Source: Carcharhinus longimanus
Lineage: Eukaryota
Direction of reading: 5' to 3'
Assembly (NCBI GenBank): GCA_030264375.1
Contig: JASCQW010000119.1
Span: 8,220,817 to 8,284,816 of the forward strand
DNA: 64,000 nucleotides
The stretch's first letter is position 1. Each line of letters begins with the position of its first letter. The position numbers and the translations under genes were made by a program. Below the pieces are notes generated by a model. The model ran no database searches. It was given only the letters and a program-made list of their open reading frames with translations, and had not been told where the DNA came from. Below, piece by piece: positions 50,359-63,149 of the stretch.

Positions 50359-52629
50359 ACATAGAAGGTAAACGGCTCTTCACCTGTGAGTGGTTCTTCT
50401 GCTATACCTTCATTTATCTTCTCATTACCCTCTGAAGAGCACCATGGCTATGTTCCTTGGACTGCACTTTTCCATGCATGATGTTTCTTCACATCTCTGT
50501 TGATTCCTACGTTCCTGTCTCGTGGCAATAGACTTGCTTTCCCATTTTGATTATCATTCAGGAGAAAAACATTTCAATCTCCATCTTTCTCAAAGCTTAG
50601 CAATTGTATGAGGACATTGAATAATTATGTTTGCCATCGCTGTGAGTGGGAATCAAGATCTTCCTCTCCATGATGAATATGTTACTCCTCTCACATACTG
50701 ATGGATAGCTTTAGCAAATGAATCCAGTTGGGCTGAGCTGTAACCCACTGGTATTAGTCTCTCTTCATGTTGTTTGGTGCAACTGTTTCTTACATTCCAT
50801 CGTGCCCGTGACAGAAATGAGAAACAACTTCGTAAGGTCTTTTGTTCTAAGGCAGGGTTTTCACCTGAGCATGCTTTAATTCGGAGGACGTCTGTGATTT
50901 TCTTCACTCCTCATCTCATTCTATTGCAACCACTCCTTATCATTTTCATCAATTCTGTAAGTTTTTGCCAATTCTGCATAATATTGCACAGATTCCCCCA
51001 ATGTCCCAACACTTCCCTTACACCTGTAATGGTAAGTGGTCTATTCACACTAAACGTGGCTTGCTTGAGATCTTCCGAAATTCCTTCACGTTGGGATATG
51101 TTTTTGTTTTGTACCTTGGGATATGAAATATCCTGTATCTGCCACCATTTGATGTCCCAACTGATTTTTCTTTCTGGTATTCAAACTAAGATCCATGTCC
51201 CGAGTTATTTGAAGCCCCCTTGTGTATGGCTAAAAAAGTCCTTTTGAATCTCCGATGCATTCAAAATGTTGCCATAAATATTGAAATTGTCGTACATATA
51301 CATTCTAAAGATTGCATTGTCCGTGCCATGTTCTTGTGAACAAATCGCTGGTCTGCTCTGGAACCCTTGGTGCAGACTGCTCCGGAACCTCGGTGGCAGA
51401 CTGCTCCAAGTGTGTTGCTCATTCCTGACAGTGAATACAAAATTATCCTCGTGTTCCTCAAACCAAGAATCTATTAGCTGTTTCTAGTACTGCAAATATC
51501 TCAATGTATTCAAGATGTCTGCTGGATTTGCCGTTGTGGAGTTATGTTTAGTTGCATAGCAATTTACTATTGCATTATTGATCGTTAATCAATAACTGCC
51601 ATCTGGCTTCCTTGTTGGTCAAACAGGCGAATTAATCTCATAACAGATTGTGGATCCAGCCTACAATTGTGTCTTTGTGTCGCGCTTCTAGAGACATTGC
51701 AGCCTTTCATCTGAGCCCATAGAATGTTCTTATACAACTCATGGCACCTTTTGCTGTTAATTATAGCTGTCAATAGTTTTATTTGGTCAATTCCTGAAAA
51801 AAAAAAGTTCTCTGTTGAACTTATCCAAATTTAGCCNNNNNNNNNNCTCGCTCACTCAATAACGAGTTCTTAAATCCCCCGTAACTTTTGACAACTGTAT
51901 AGCCTATGCGGTTTTCGACAAATTTAATTACTCATTTATATAGATGTCCCGGTGTCTACCAACATGATTCAGGGTTGGCTTCGGAACTGCTTCTCTATGT
52001 ATTCAATGCGCTCTGCCTGCCGTCTCAAGAGCAGTTAATTGTAATTTCTGACTTAACTCTGCAATTCGACATCTGACGTATTGGCTGTTCCTCCTTGGTT
52101 ATGCATTACAGGCTGGGATCATGATTTCGCTGTGATTGGACCTTACCCTTCTCTACACGCACATATTTTGCCCAAATCAAAGAAAAAATATCATATCAAC
52201 ACTGATCTTGTGACAAATGTCACATTGCCCTTAGTTACTCAGATTATTTTCTGTGGATCTGACTTGCAAGTCTAAGAAATGTGTTATTGTTTTCCACATG
52301 CAAAGCACATTTGAACGAATATTCGTTGTTAACGATCAGACTGTTCGCGAGTCATTTTTGTGTTCTTGTGTTTTTTTTTAGTTCTGATTTTCATTACTCA
52401 ATGTAGTGCATCCTGATAATTATTCCCAGTTTAAACATTAGTACGGATATTTCGAGACAGAGATGAACTAAAACACATTTTGAACACTCCCAAAAAGATA
52501 TTGCCATCCCAAGTAGGGTTTTTTAAACATTTCGCTATCTGCATAAGACCTGTATGTGTTCTTTTCTTGGTATTCTGATGCAGATTAATCAGTTTCAAAA
52601 ATAGCCATCGGTAATGAATTGTGCCGACA

Positions 52630-53255
52630 TTTACTGGTCTGACAGACATGTGATTCAAGAGGCACAGTAATGTGCTTGACTCCCAACTGCCATCTGAAAT
52701 GACCTAATATGCCACTCATTTGTATCTGTCGCTACAAAGTCTGAACAAATAAACTGGACGGAACAGTTGGTTTCGACCTAGAAACTGGAGAATACAGCAG
52801 CAAAACAACTAGATTTGCTGACCTTATAATGTGTTCCTTTCTAACCTCTAGGGTATGGTGCCGAAATTGTGAGAGCGTCCCCACAGACTGGTCAAACATC
52901 AGCCTGGCATATTCATTCTTTTTCAGGGAATCAAAACTAACGATTCACACCCCAGACAAAACAATTACCACCGATGATATGTTTTCTCCCGACTGCAGAA
53001 TAGGCCCAGCAGAGGTGGTGTCACATTTGTGTGCATTCAGGAGAGATTTGCCCTGGGAGTCCTTGTCAACAACTCTGGAGCTGATGAAGTCTCATGACTT
53101 GAGGTTAAACATAGACAAGGAAAACGGGTGGTTACCATGCATGATCCTCCTTCGGCTGTTGCATCAGATACTCGTCCACGTTGAACATAGCCTGGAGAAA
53201 TCACCGAGTGCTACAAAGGTACAAAATATACTCTAGTTGGGGATTGCAATGTACA
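52630..53255 (+). mobile_element. CR1/L2-group LINE 5' fragment: Deu-domain-like leader plus APE endonuclease
   Basis: Leader 'catgtgattcaagaggcacagtaatgtgcttgactcccaactgccatctgaaatgacctaatatgccactcatttgtatc' resembles the DeuSINE domain. Frameshifted endonuclease follows: GMVPKL..HRLVKHQPGI..ES..PDKTIT..NRPSRGG..ALGVL..EVS..VKHRQG..PPSA..VHVEHSLE..QNIL.LGDCNV. Confidence 0.7.
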
Positions 53256-53264
53256 AGGCAAGAG

Positions 53265-53580
53265 TGGCTCGCTAAGGGAGATTATGTTAAAGGGCTTCAG
53301 TTTAATCTGATTCGGGTGAGACATAAGAGGGTCTGAGGTGAACTTGTTGCACACAGAGTTTGGTGATTGTCTGAAACAAGCTCCCTGAGGCAAGAGTAGA
53401 GGCAGCACAATATTGTCTTTCAAAAGTCATTTAGGAATTTATATGGACAGAACGATATGGAGGGATACCGGCCATATGCGGAGAATTGAGACTAGATTAG
53501 TGGTTACAAAATGCAGGCCGGCTTTGTCAACTTGAGTCAAAGGAACCTGTCCAAGCTGTAAACGTCCAAGAATCTATGAC
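53265..53580 (+). mobile_element. CR1 3' fragment
   Basis: 'ttgcacacagagtttggtgattgtctgaaacaagctccctgagg..atggacagaacgatatggagggata..gaatctatgact'. Confidence 0.7.
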
Positions 53581-56161
53581 TGTGCAAATGTTACACTTTC
53601 TGACATACTCTACAAGAACACATCGGAACGAGTTAGATCTTGTAATCTCAGTCTATGTTTTTTTTTTCAATTTCGTTTGACCGACTTTCCTGTCACGCTT
53701 GGCCTTGTTTTTTTTTCACTCTTTGATTTATACTTCAGTTTGTATCCTCTTTCCCATTTATATTCATTGACTCATTTGTGGTAATTCCTCTGGTTCAAAC
53801 CCTCAGCCCACTGCTGAATGAAAGGATCATCTCCTGCTAAACTCTCCTGACTAGCGACCCATTACTCAGCTTACCACCCGAATAACTCAAAGACGCCTCG
53901 TGTTCAGGTCACCGCGGCATCCGAACACCAAGGTGGAAAGTGGCCCTACTCGTTGGTTCTTTTGAAACTCTTACATTACTGATGTATGGGTCTCCTTGCA
54001 AAGCGAAGTGAACATGGCAAGTATTCATCTCTGGTCTTTTGGCTTATGCAGGCTAAACAATGTTTACGTGTTATCTCAAGGCACAGTTCTTTCGTCCGAT
54101 CACTCGCAGGTTGCGAACTTCTCTTACCATCCCTCTGTTTTAAGCGTGGTTTATTTAATCAGTAACATTGCATTAGCGACCTCAAATGCTCGTTCAGAAA
54201 CATCAGACTCTTGTCACTCTCTCTCATCATTCAATGCCAGAAACATTTCGTGGGCTATCCAAATTGGCCGGTATTGCCCAAACGTCAGACAATGCAAAAC
54301 AAACAATTAATTGCCTCACTTAAAATAAATAATTTCATTCAGACCAGCGGCCGTTAGGAAACCATCAAAGAGCTACGTCAGCTCTGAGATAGCGCAGCTG
54401 AACCACCTTATTGAAATCCGACGCATGTATTTTGAACTATTTCAAACACAGTTTTCTTATCATTTGTTTCCGCCATCTGTTAACTTTACGTCAGTTATCT
54501 TCAATACACATGAACAAAAAAAAAACAACCGTAAACCTTAGGTAATCCCATTTACCGTCTGGCATAATGACATTTAATGATCCATAGAATCTGCATGCAA
54601 GCTTCCGTTTTGGTTGAACCGACAGCCATTGGTGCCGAACAGCTTCAGACAGTCGCCAAACGTTCAAAGTAATGTTCCCATGGGGTCCCATTTCTGTCCC
54701 TTCTAACGCAGGTTCAAATGACTCCAGGTCTGAACATGTATCCAACTTTTTCTTAGAAACTGAATGAATTCTACTCATGAAATAAGATTAATTGTTCTAA
54801 ATGTTTTTCTCATCTCAAAATATACTGATTTCTCTTTTTGTATTTTCACAAAGTCTAAACGTACTCTTGCAAAATTATTTTGCTCTAATACTGTTTTTTT
54901 TCCATAATGTTTCACAGCAAATTTCTCTTGAATAAAGTGAACACTATAGCATAAAATATATTACCACATTCAAAATATCAGCATTTGAGTTTTGAAATTG
55001 TAATCGTTCTTATTACATCTCATGAATGTAAACTGCTTTCTTGTTAGCCCCTAGATTTGTTTTAACAGTCACTGAAGTCAGTGTTGGCATTTCTGTCTAT
55101 GCTTAATACCTGATGTTTAAAAAGAACATAGCAACCTCTTAAAGTTCTTCCATTTACAATTACCAAGAGCCAACATGGTTTGCTTCAAATAGTTTCCCCC
55201 AGTTATATATCAAGAACTTTGCATTTCGTGATATATATTCATGAACTACTCCTCCGTTCGAAGTGGTAACATCACAAATAGATTAGTAAACAGTGAACTC
55301 GCCAATCAAAACAAAAGGATGTAGCCGTTTTGGTTTACTGGGGACATAGTTTGCAAATCAAAGCATGAAATGACGAATTTTAGAGGAACAAAACATCTAA
55401 CGGTAATGCAAATTGGCGGGTGCGTATAATAGTAGTGAATAACAGCAGATATACTCTCTGGGCCTTTAGAAAAATAAGAGCGTTGGATTTTGCAAGGGAT
55501 ATCGGGAGAACAATTGATATCAACTTGTGTGTTCTCATCTTTATTTAGAAGTTCTTAATGTTCAACGGAAAGGAAGCAATCCGAGATTAGGCACGACACC
55601 ACCTAGGCCTCAGGGAAAATANNNNNNNNNNAATATCATGCACCGTTTGAGCGCGAAAAGACAGGAAGAAAGTACACTCTTTAGGGCGCTTGAAGAAGAG
55701 GTTAAATATTTTGAGGCTGGACATTTTCGGGTTTGTTGATAGTATAAAATCGTTGGGATCATTCTTCTTTGAGAACGCGAAGAAAATATATTGGACCCGA
55801 ATCTCCCAAAATAATTTTACGTGTTAATCATGATTGTTTTGCTTTTGCAATGCGACTTTAATCCAGAATGTTCTCCATTCTGTTTAATCAAAAGGCCACT
55901 GTCGTGACATTCATGATAAGATCGGCGGACACAGCTATTCGCAAAGGACTTTGACAGGTGCAGGCATCTGCACCCGTGCAATTCCCCCGATCTGCCGGAT
56001 CACAGTTTGCCAGCCAGCTGGATGGCGAGCCCGACCACTACACCAACAGTGCTGCTCATCAGACACCCAATCGATCTCCATTAACCCGGCCTGATCACGA
56101 CCCTCATCAGCGCTCCAGGACCATACCCGTGTAGGAGCGCCTGATCTCCATCCCCGACCCA

Positions 56162-56368
56162 GGGCAGAATTCTCCATGCTGACAACATCCACCCACCTAC
56201 GGAGGCAGACTCTCCACGCCCCTTACACCGCAGCCATCAGACAAACAACGAGCAGAGCACCCTGCCAAACACATCCCTCCAGCACCGAACGATTTCAATG
56301 GCACATTGGCAGTGGGAGCCCAGCGCCACCGATCGAAACGTGGGTGTTTGGACGGGAGAATCGGGCCC
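56162..56368. mobile_element. Probable GC-rich MITE (non-autonomous DNA transposon)
   Basis: Imperfect TIRs gggcagaattctcc / ggagaatcgggccc around a GC-rich core. TSD not clean. Confidence 0.4.
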
Positions 56369-57284
56369 ATATGTCACAATTTACAATTAACAGGGAGGTG
56401 GGGAGAGAAGATAACCAGAAATATGTCCATTGGATAAATGATAAACAAATGGGTGGGGAGGGGGGCGGGACACTAAGTTAAGATGTATTTCAATACAGGA
56501 CACTGTTGTCTGAAAAATAACTTTTTTTCCTGCGAGAACTTCGGCTCTGGAATGTAATGTCGCAACATGTGTTCTTACGAAGGCTCAACTGAGTCGCTGT
56601 ACGTTGCATTAGACAATTTATTGGGAAAAAGGAAACTGCAGGATTAAGTGACAAAGAGTGAGACGGGCATTGTGCCAAGATGTTCAAGTTGTGATCCAGT
56701 GCAGACACGTTGGGTATATCGCACTCTTAGGATGTCGTAATTATTCGGCCGGTCTGTGAACCCTGCTGTTGGAGTATGCAAAATAGCTGAAGGCTGGGAA
56801 CGAAAACGAAACGTCAGCTTGATGATAACCTTTCTGCGTTCATGGCTGGATGTTCTGCAAAAGGGAATCATTATTTGAAAGCGATCGTATCAATTAATTG
56901 CCGCATATTTTTTATGTATGGATAATCATTGCAAGTCCATTCACATTTTCGAAAGGAAACACATACCTGTGCAATATCTTCTCTTTGTACAACCCGTGCC
57001 AAAGGCTCATTTCGAGGCAACACATGTTCAAATCTTCAGTAACACAACTTTCGTCAATTATCTCGTGATGAAATTAAGAAGGCACAGAGTACAGCATCGT
57101 AAATGTTAACAATACGCCTTGCTTATTCATGTTCTGAAACGTTCATGCTAAACATGCATGCTATTCCCTTCTAATGGCTTGCAGATTTTTTTATGTCCAA
57201 TGCCAGAGCACATCAGCAAGAACATGACGTCATATCTGATTTCAGAGCTCAGCAGAGAATGAAATAGAGAATCTGGCGAACCAG

Positions 57285-58000
57285 CCCGGTAACAATTAAC
57301 TCTTCTCCAATGTCAATAAAAAATGAAGGGGATTTTCATCGACATGCCCCTGTCTATATCAATGGGGACGAAGTAGAGAGAATTGAGAACTTCAGAGTTT
57401 TAGGTGGCCTGATCACCGACCTTGGCGCCTCATGTCGACTCTAAAGATGCGAAAGCCTACCAATCCCTGTCATTTCCCTAAAACTAAGTACAATTGGCGT
57501 GTCATCCATGACTCTCACCAACTTTTACAGATGCACCATGGAAAACATAATTTTGTTTATATCACAGATTGGTATGTCTCCTGCTCTGCCCAACGCCGCA
57601 TGGAAATGGAAACAAAAAGTTGTGAATGCAAATCAATACATCACACACACAAAAAAAAACTCCCATCCATTGAAACTGTCTCCGTTTTCCACTGTGTCGG
57701 CAAAGCAGCCTGCATATTTATGGATTCCAATAACCCCGCACATTCGCTCTCCCATCTTCCATCGGCAAAAATAAACTGAGGTCAAAAGAATTCAATAACA
57801 GCTTCTGCCCCGCTACCGTCAGACTTTACAATGGACCCATTATGTTGATTCCTCTCGTCACCCTAGCTATTATTGCAACATTGCATTCTGCCCTGCCTCG
57901 TTTCCTTCTCTCTGGGCGGTATGCTCTGCCTGTATAGAACACACGAAATAATGCTTTTCACTCCATGCTGATGCATGTGACAATGATGTATCGAATCAAA
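57285..58000 (+). mobile_element. Rex1/Babar-type LINE 3' part
   Basis: PVYINGDEVERIENFRVLG; SSMTLTNFYRCTMENI..ITDWYVSCSAQ..KVVNA..LPSIETV..CVGKAACI.MDSNNPAHSL.HLPSAK; tail 'gcttttcac..gtgacaat..aatcaaa'. Confidence 0.8.
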
Positions 58001-58128
58001 GCAACTTATACAAAATGCATCTTCCATCACCAGTTAAAATATAATGTTGTATATTTCACATTAAAGTGGATGGATCCCTTGAAAGAGGGCAACCAAATGA
58101 CAAGAGTTGAAATAAACTCCAGCAAGAA

Positions 58129-58473
58129 GGGTGGCACAGTAGCACAGTGGTTAGTATTGTTATTTCATAGCTTCAGGGTCCTGGGTTCGATTCCCGGCTC
58201 GGGTCACTGCCTGTGTGCGTTTTGCACATTCTCCTCGTGCCTGTGTGGGTGTCCTCTGGGTGCTCCGGTTTCCTCCCACAGTCCAAAGATGTGCGGGTTC
58301 GGTTGATTGGTCATGCTAAGAAATTGTCCCTTAGTGTCCAGTGATGTGTAGTTTAGAGGGGTTAGTGGGCATAATATGTAGGGATATGGGGTAGGGCCTG
58401 GGTGGGATTGTGTTTGGTGCAGGCTCGATGGGCCAAAGGGCCTCTTTCTACACTGTAGGGTTGTATGATATGA
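58129..58473 (+). mobile_element. HE1-like V-SINE, full length
   Basis: A box 'tagcacagtgg', B box 'ggttcgattccc', V-domain, CR1 tail 'ggctcgatgggccaaagggcctctttctacactgtagg'. Confidence 0.93.
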
Positions 58474-59169
58474 TAAAATCACCTTCACAGCAATTTTTGT
58501 TACCTGAACTGCTCGATCTGGGATTGTAGTCGAGACAGATTCATTCTTAATGTTTTGAACACAAATTGTCTAATTTCTGGGAGGACGTAGGATAATGACA
58601 GCATGTGGAATACTCACATGGAGAGTCATTGAAGATCATGAAATGAATGGACATATTCCAGGTTAGAAAATATCAATGAGTTGGCCATTCTATGAATTTA
58701 TTTTGAACAGTGAGCCGCTCTAAAACTATATTGTGTGTACAGTTGGACCTAATCTGTTGTTACTAAGTAAACGAATAAATCTTTGCAAAATTGCTAATGA
58801 CAAGTTTAATACCTGTTTTGGAATCTGCTCCCATACATAGAGCATATATCGAAATATGGGTAATGCTAGCTACGATTTTCTCTTCTCTGGAATCAGTTGT
58901 TACAAATGAGCGTATGTTCGACGTAAAGCCAGGTAAAACCAGAGAACTATGCTCTATTCGGACTTGTTTGTCATCTGCTGAAATAAGCAATTGACTGACT
59001 TGAGACTGTTTTTTTTGATGGGATGTAAATGGAAATAAATTGTCTGAAAAAGTTATGAAGGGACGTTTTCAGTCCAGAGAGCGGAAAGCTGCCATGTCAT
59101 CAAAATGGACGCAAATGCATGTAGGGCAGGACTATGGAAGGAATTCTAATTCCCAAAGTTAAATGAGTA

Positions 59170-59496
59170 GGACATCACGGTTGCACAGAGGTCAGCACTG
59201 CTGCCTCATAGCACCAGGGTCCCAGGTACAATTCTGTCCTCGGGTCCCTATCTGTGCGGAGGTTGTATATTCTTCCTCAGTCTGCGTGGGTTTCCTCAGG
59301 GTGCTCCGCACCCTCTCTCCCCACCCCCACCCGCAAGCATGTTCCAAAGATATGTTGGTTAGGTTAATTTAGGCTAAATTGACCCCAGTGTTAGGGGCTT
59401 TGTTAGGGTAAATGCATAGGGTTGACGGAATAAGGCTTGATCGTGGCCCTTGCAGGCTCGATGGGCCGAATACGTCGGGATTCTGCGATTCTATGA
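59170..59496 (+). mobile_element. HE1-like V-SINE
   Basis: Degenerate head, V-domain 'tctgcgtgggtttcctcagggtgctccg', tail 'gcaggctcgatgggccgaat..gattctatg'. Confidence 0.85.
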
Positions 59497-60292
59497 CAAC
59501 TATTTGTCTCTGGACGATATAAATTAATTCCAGTAGGAATTGGCGACACACGCGGGATCATGACCCTGCTGATACATCTCAAAAATGATATGTAAATAAC
59601 AAACCCAGCAAAATAAACTGTAGTATTTTTAAAACAACATGCATAATGACGCAAGAAATAGAAACAGAACAGTACATTTCAGTATCAAAACGAGGACAAA
59701 TCAGGCGGTCAATAATATAATTGATGATAGAGCTTGAAATCCCGACCTGATGTCTTCAACTCCCATCAAACAAATATGTTTCCTATCCATGTTGAGGTTG
59801 TTCAGTCACTGGGTCACCACTGTTCTCTCGGGAACGGAATAAGTTGCATGGGTAACTTTGGAGAGAATAATTTGCTCTTCATCACAAACAGAAATGAGAC
59901 ACCCCTGACATGAAAAACAAATGTATACCAACCAATGGCCTATCTACTTCCCCGCTGTCATTATCGATCAAGTTTCAAACACTATTTTACATCCTCCTAA
60001 TTTTAAGTGCCGGCTTAATGCTTCGGAGTAAGAGATTTATTAAACTCAGCAATCCGTTTACAAAAAAAAATGCTGAGCGAGACATAATGTTTCTCCATGT
60101 GTTTTGGGACGAAAACCTAGCGCAAACCTAAATGTTGTCTCGGCAATGTTTAGTACCATTCTAGCCAACGAAATTATTTTGATTTCGAGACTATTTTGAT
60201 TTTTCCAGAACTGCGAGATGCAAATAAACGTTTAAATGTAACGGGTGAGTGAAGTCTTGTCAACTTGCAACAGTGCATGAAGGTGTGTGTTG

Positions 60293-60355
60293 CGGGGGGG
60301 GGGGTGGGGCGGGGCTGTGGCTGAGGAGGGAGTGGAGGGGGGAGGGGAAGGGCGG
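60293..60355 (+). repeat. G-rich low-complexity tract (G4-forming potential)
   Basis: ggggggggggtggggcggggctgtggctgaggagggagtggaggggggaggggaagggcgg. Confidence 0.7.
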
Positions 60356-63149
60356 TTATTTGGTTTGCGGGGCACTGCCTCTTACATTATACCGAAGGGG
60401 AAAAGTGTGACGTAATATTGCTCTTCTGATATATTGTTGTCAACTGCGCATCATACGTCACTCTTGCCCGCTTTTGATAATTTGCCACCACTTGAATTAC
60501 CACATATTCTCTAAGACCCCGCTAGTTTATTCGAAATGGCGACATACAACGAACTGCCAAATTATTCACTGCAGCCTCGAACTTTTGACTTTCTTATTCA
60601 ATCTTTCTCCAGTGGCCTGAGAAAACTGCAGCCCTTATGTTCGTTTTGCGTCATCTCTGTCCTCGTTTTTTTTTTCAACGAGCTGACGTTGTCATCGTTT
60701 ATATTTCAGTCGTCTCCGGGATAATTGGTTAATATTAATATTCTGGAGTTATGACTACCAAACTCAACACGACGCGTAGTAGAATAAAAATTAATGTCCT
60801 GAATTATAAACTTAGATACAATAATCAAAAAACGTGTTTTTTTTTCCCCAAACCAATCTTGTTGACTAATCTCTCTGGAAGCTCACCTACCAGGCTTGCG
60901 TGACCTGGTGTACATGCATCTAAATTTCGCATTCATACGGCTGGCAAGTAATTGCTCACACTAAAACTATGTGCAAATGAAATTATCTGTTCATGTAAAC
61001 AAATTTGGGATGAATTAATGACTCCCAGTTTCAATAATATTGATAGTTTACCTTTCATTGATGCTTACTACAACTAAGCGCTGTTTTGGTATACCGTTCT
61101 GATAGTGGCTTGTGTTTCCTTTTACGGCCCAAATTAAATGCAGCTTCATTAGATCCCGGGTCGTCATGGGTATCAAATTATAACGACCTAATCAGCAATT
61201 TAATTGAATGTCTTGAGAATAAGAGGACAATATTTAACGTTGTATGGAAAAGTCTCATGTGGCTTTCACTCCTTGGTACAGAAGAACAATCATATATATT
61301 TGTTCGATAGCCTAAGCATTGGTCTGGACTAAACACAAAGAATTCTGCAAAGCATCTTCACAAAATCCACGTCAGGTCTCTGAAATACTTGTCCGGAAAT
61401 AATTTAATAATTTGGAAGGAAAACGATGGGGAATTATGTATTAAAAACAACTTGCATTGTAAATCACTTCATACACGAAACACGACATTTACAAAATGGT
61501 ATAATCATTTGGAAAGAATACTTTTTTAAAAAAAATTGCCAATGTTGCCTCCGTGGATCTTAAAAAAATACTCATTTAATCGTGCAGAGTCACATGTGTT
61601 GCTAAACTCAGACATAACTTATCTAAGAGCTTTAGTTCACCCCGTTCATCATTGTACATGCAGTCCATCATATCAGCTATCCGAAATTGCAAAGTACCTA
61701 ATTCCAAATTCATTCACAAGGGATCGGTGGAAGAACAATGGAAAGAATATCTGGTATTACTAAGTGAAAGCCACTTCACATGTTGAACATATCCTTGACA
61801 TTATAATCACCCGATATGCTACGTGTTATTCAGAACACTCTCGTATTATCCAACCAGACATTAGTTGAACAATGTTATTACATCTAAGATTTGTTCTTTG
61901 CAATTGAACTAAGTTTCCGCCTCGGTCAACGATCAAAAACTTTCATTATGCAATTTACAGATGTCCTAAAATTCGCGCAGAGGGTCCCAACTGATACGTA
62001 AAAGTCTTATAATAAGCTGAAACATGTCAAATAAATCATAAAATGACGCCAATCATGTAATTGAAATAATTAAATGTAATGAACAAGCCATACATCTGTA
62101 TTCACATTCGTTGTGATCGGAGAGAGTATGCATTTCTCACTTAGACAAGGCAACATTGTTCCAAAGTCAGAACGACAAGAATATTTCTAATTGCCCCTGC
62201 AAGCACATTCAGAAACCATTATGCTACGCCCAGATTATCGACGTTGGTGGTGAAGGTGCTTTTTTGTCATGTGTTTCTTACTGTTCCCTCGTCGAAGTAA
62301 AATGCAAAACAACTCCCAGCCTTAAAGTTATAATCACTAATAATCACTCATGTTTAAAGTAGCATGCATTAGTTGAGGAAGAGAGAGAGAGAAAAAAAAC
62401 AGACCTTAATGCTGTTATTGATAATAACATTTAAATCTAGACGATCAGCTGCGTCAACAGAAGACGGGTATGTTACGGAATTGCAGAATTGTACTTTTTT
62501 GATTTTTCTGCCGTCTCATGTTTTGGATTTCAAAAACTGGTTTCCAAAATCGAGCATGATGTTTATTTATCCACAATATGTGCTGCAGAAGCATTTCTCT
62601 TGTTGTGTGTTTTATCTTGCAAACAACTCTTAGATGGTAACGTAAGAAATGCTGGTTTGGGAAAAAAAACTCATTTTAGTGACTCTATTCGGACCACCCA
62701 TTCAAATCTTTTAGCCTCTAAAACATTGGCCTTAGCATTCTGAAGTCAAACTCACATTGCTTTCTGACCAATTAACACGTGCAAGCTGTTGTGCTCTGAA
62801 GATGCAAACATCTACCTTGCCGTGGTCACGGTTCAATGCAAAATATTTTCTTACGTTCTCTTGGTCTGCAATTCCTTTGGTCTCCATAATCCCATTATTT
62901 TAATGCCGTCACTGAGCTGATGTCTTGCACAGAATGGCGTTGTACAGACATGTCCGACAGCATCTAAAAAAAAACAGTTTAGAGAGGAAAATGACAGGTT
63001 TATTTAGCTTAGCATGTAGTGACGTGACATTGCCGATCCTTCAGACTGAGAGTACCAAATTGTTTCACGTTGATCCCAGATATTTTCGATGCTTTTGCAA
63101 CCATAATGAAACTGTTTAATGAAGATCAAGTCGTGAAATTGGCCATGTT

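Larger units (their letters stand above)
47700..52300 (-). mobile_element. pol: Decayed class I (gamma/epsilon-like) endogenous retrovirus, pro-pol region with possible gag end and env start
   Basis: Minus-strand motifs in retroviral order: protease IMLVDTGTS (~51945-51968); RT FAVLETANRF..HTWSSLPPRF/LHQGFQSRPAI (~51350-51500) and RPLTITGVREVLG (~51000-51045); tether PAL..Q.HEERLIPVGYSSAQLDSFA; RNase H EPFTFYV|DGTTKYIDG..SAQVSELLALTNALE..RINNYTERRYAFG..ADRAVK; integrase HGKYH..FCQRF, YSLVIIDQFARWVEAF; C-terminal APKW..GPFSIII (~48020-48075). Confidence 0.88.

Noticed and set aside
56050-56112. Two CTGATGAG motifs on the minus strand suggesting hammerheads
   Set aside because: No GAAA box after a stem II.
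58129-58200. tRNA gene
   Set aside because: The A and B boxes belong to tRNA-derived SINE heads followed by V-domains; no full cloverleaf.
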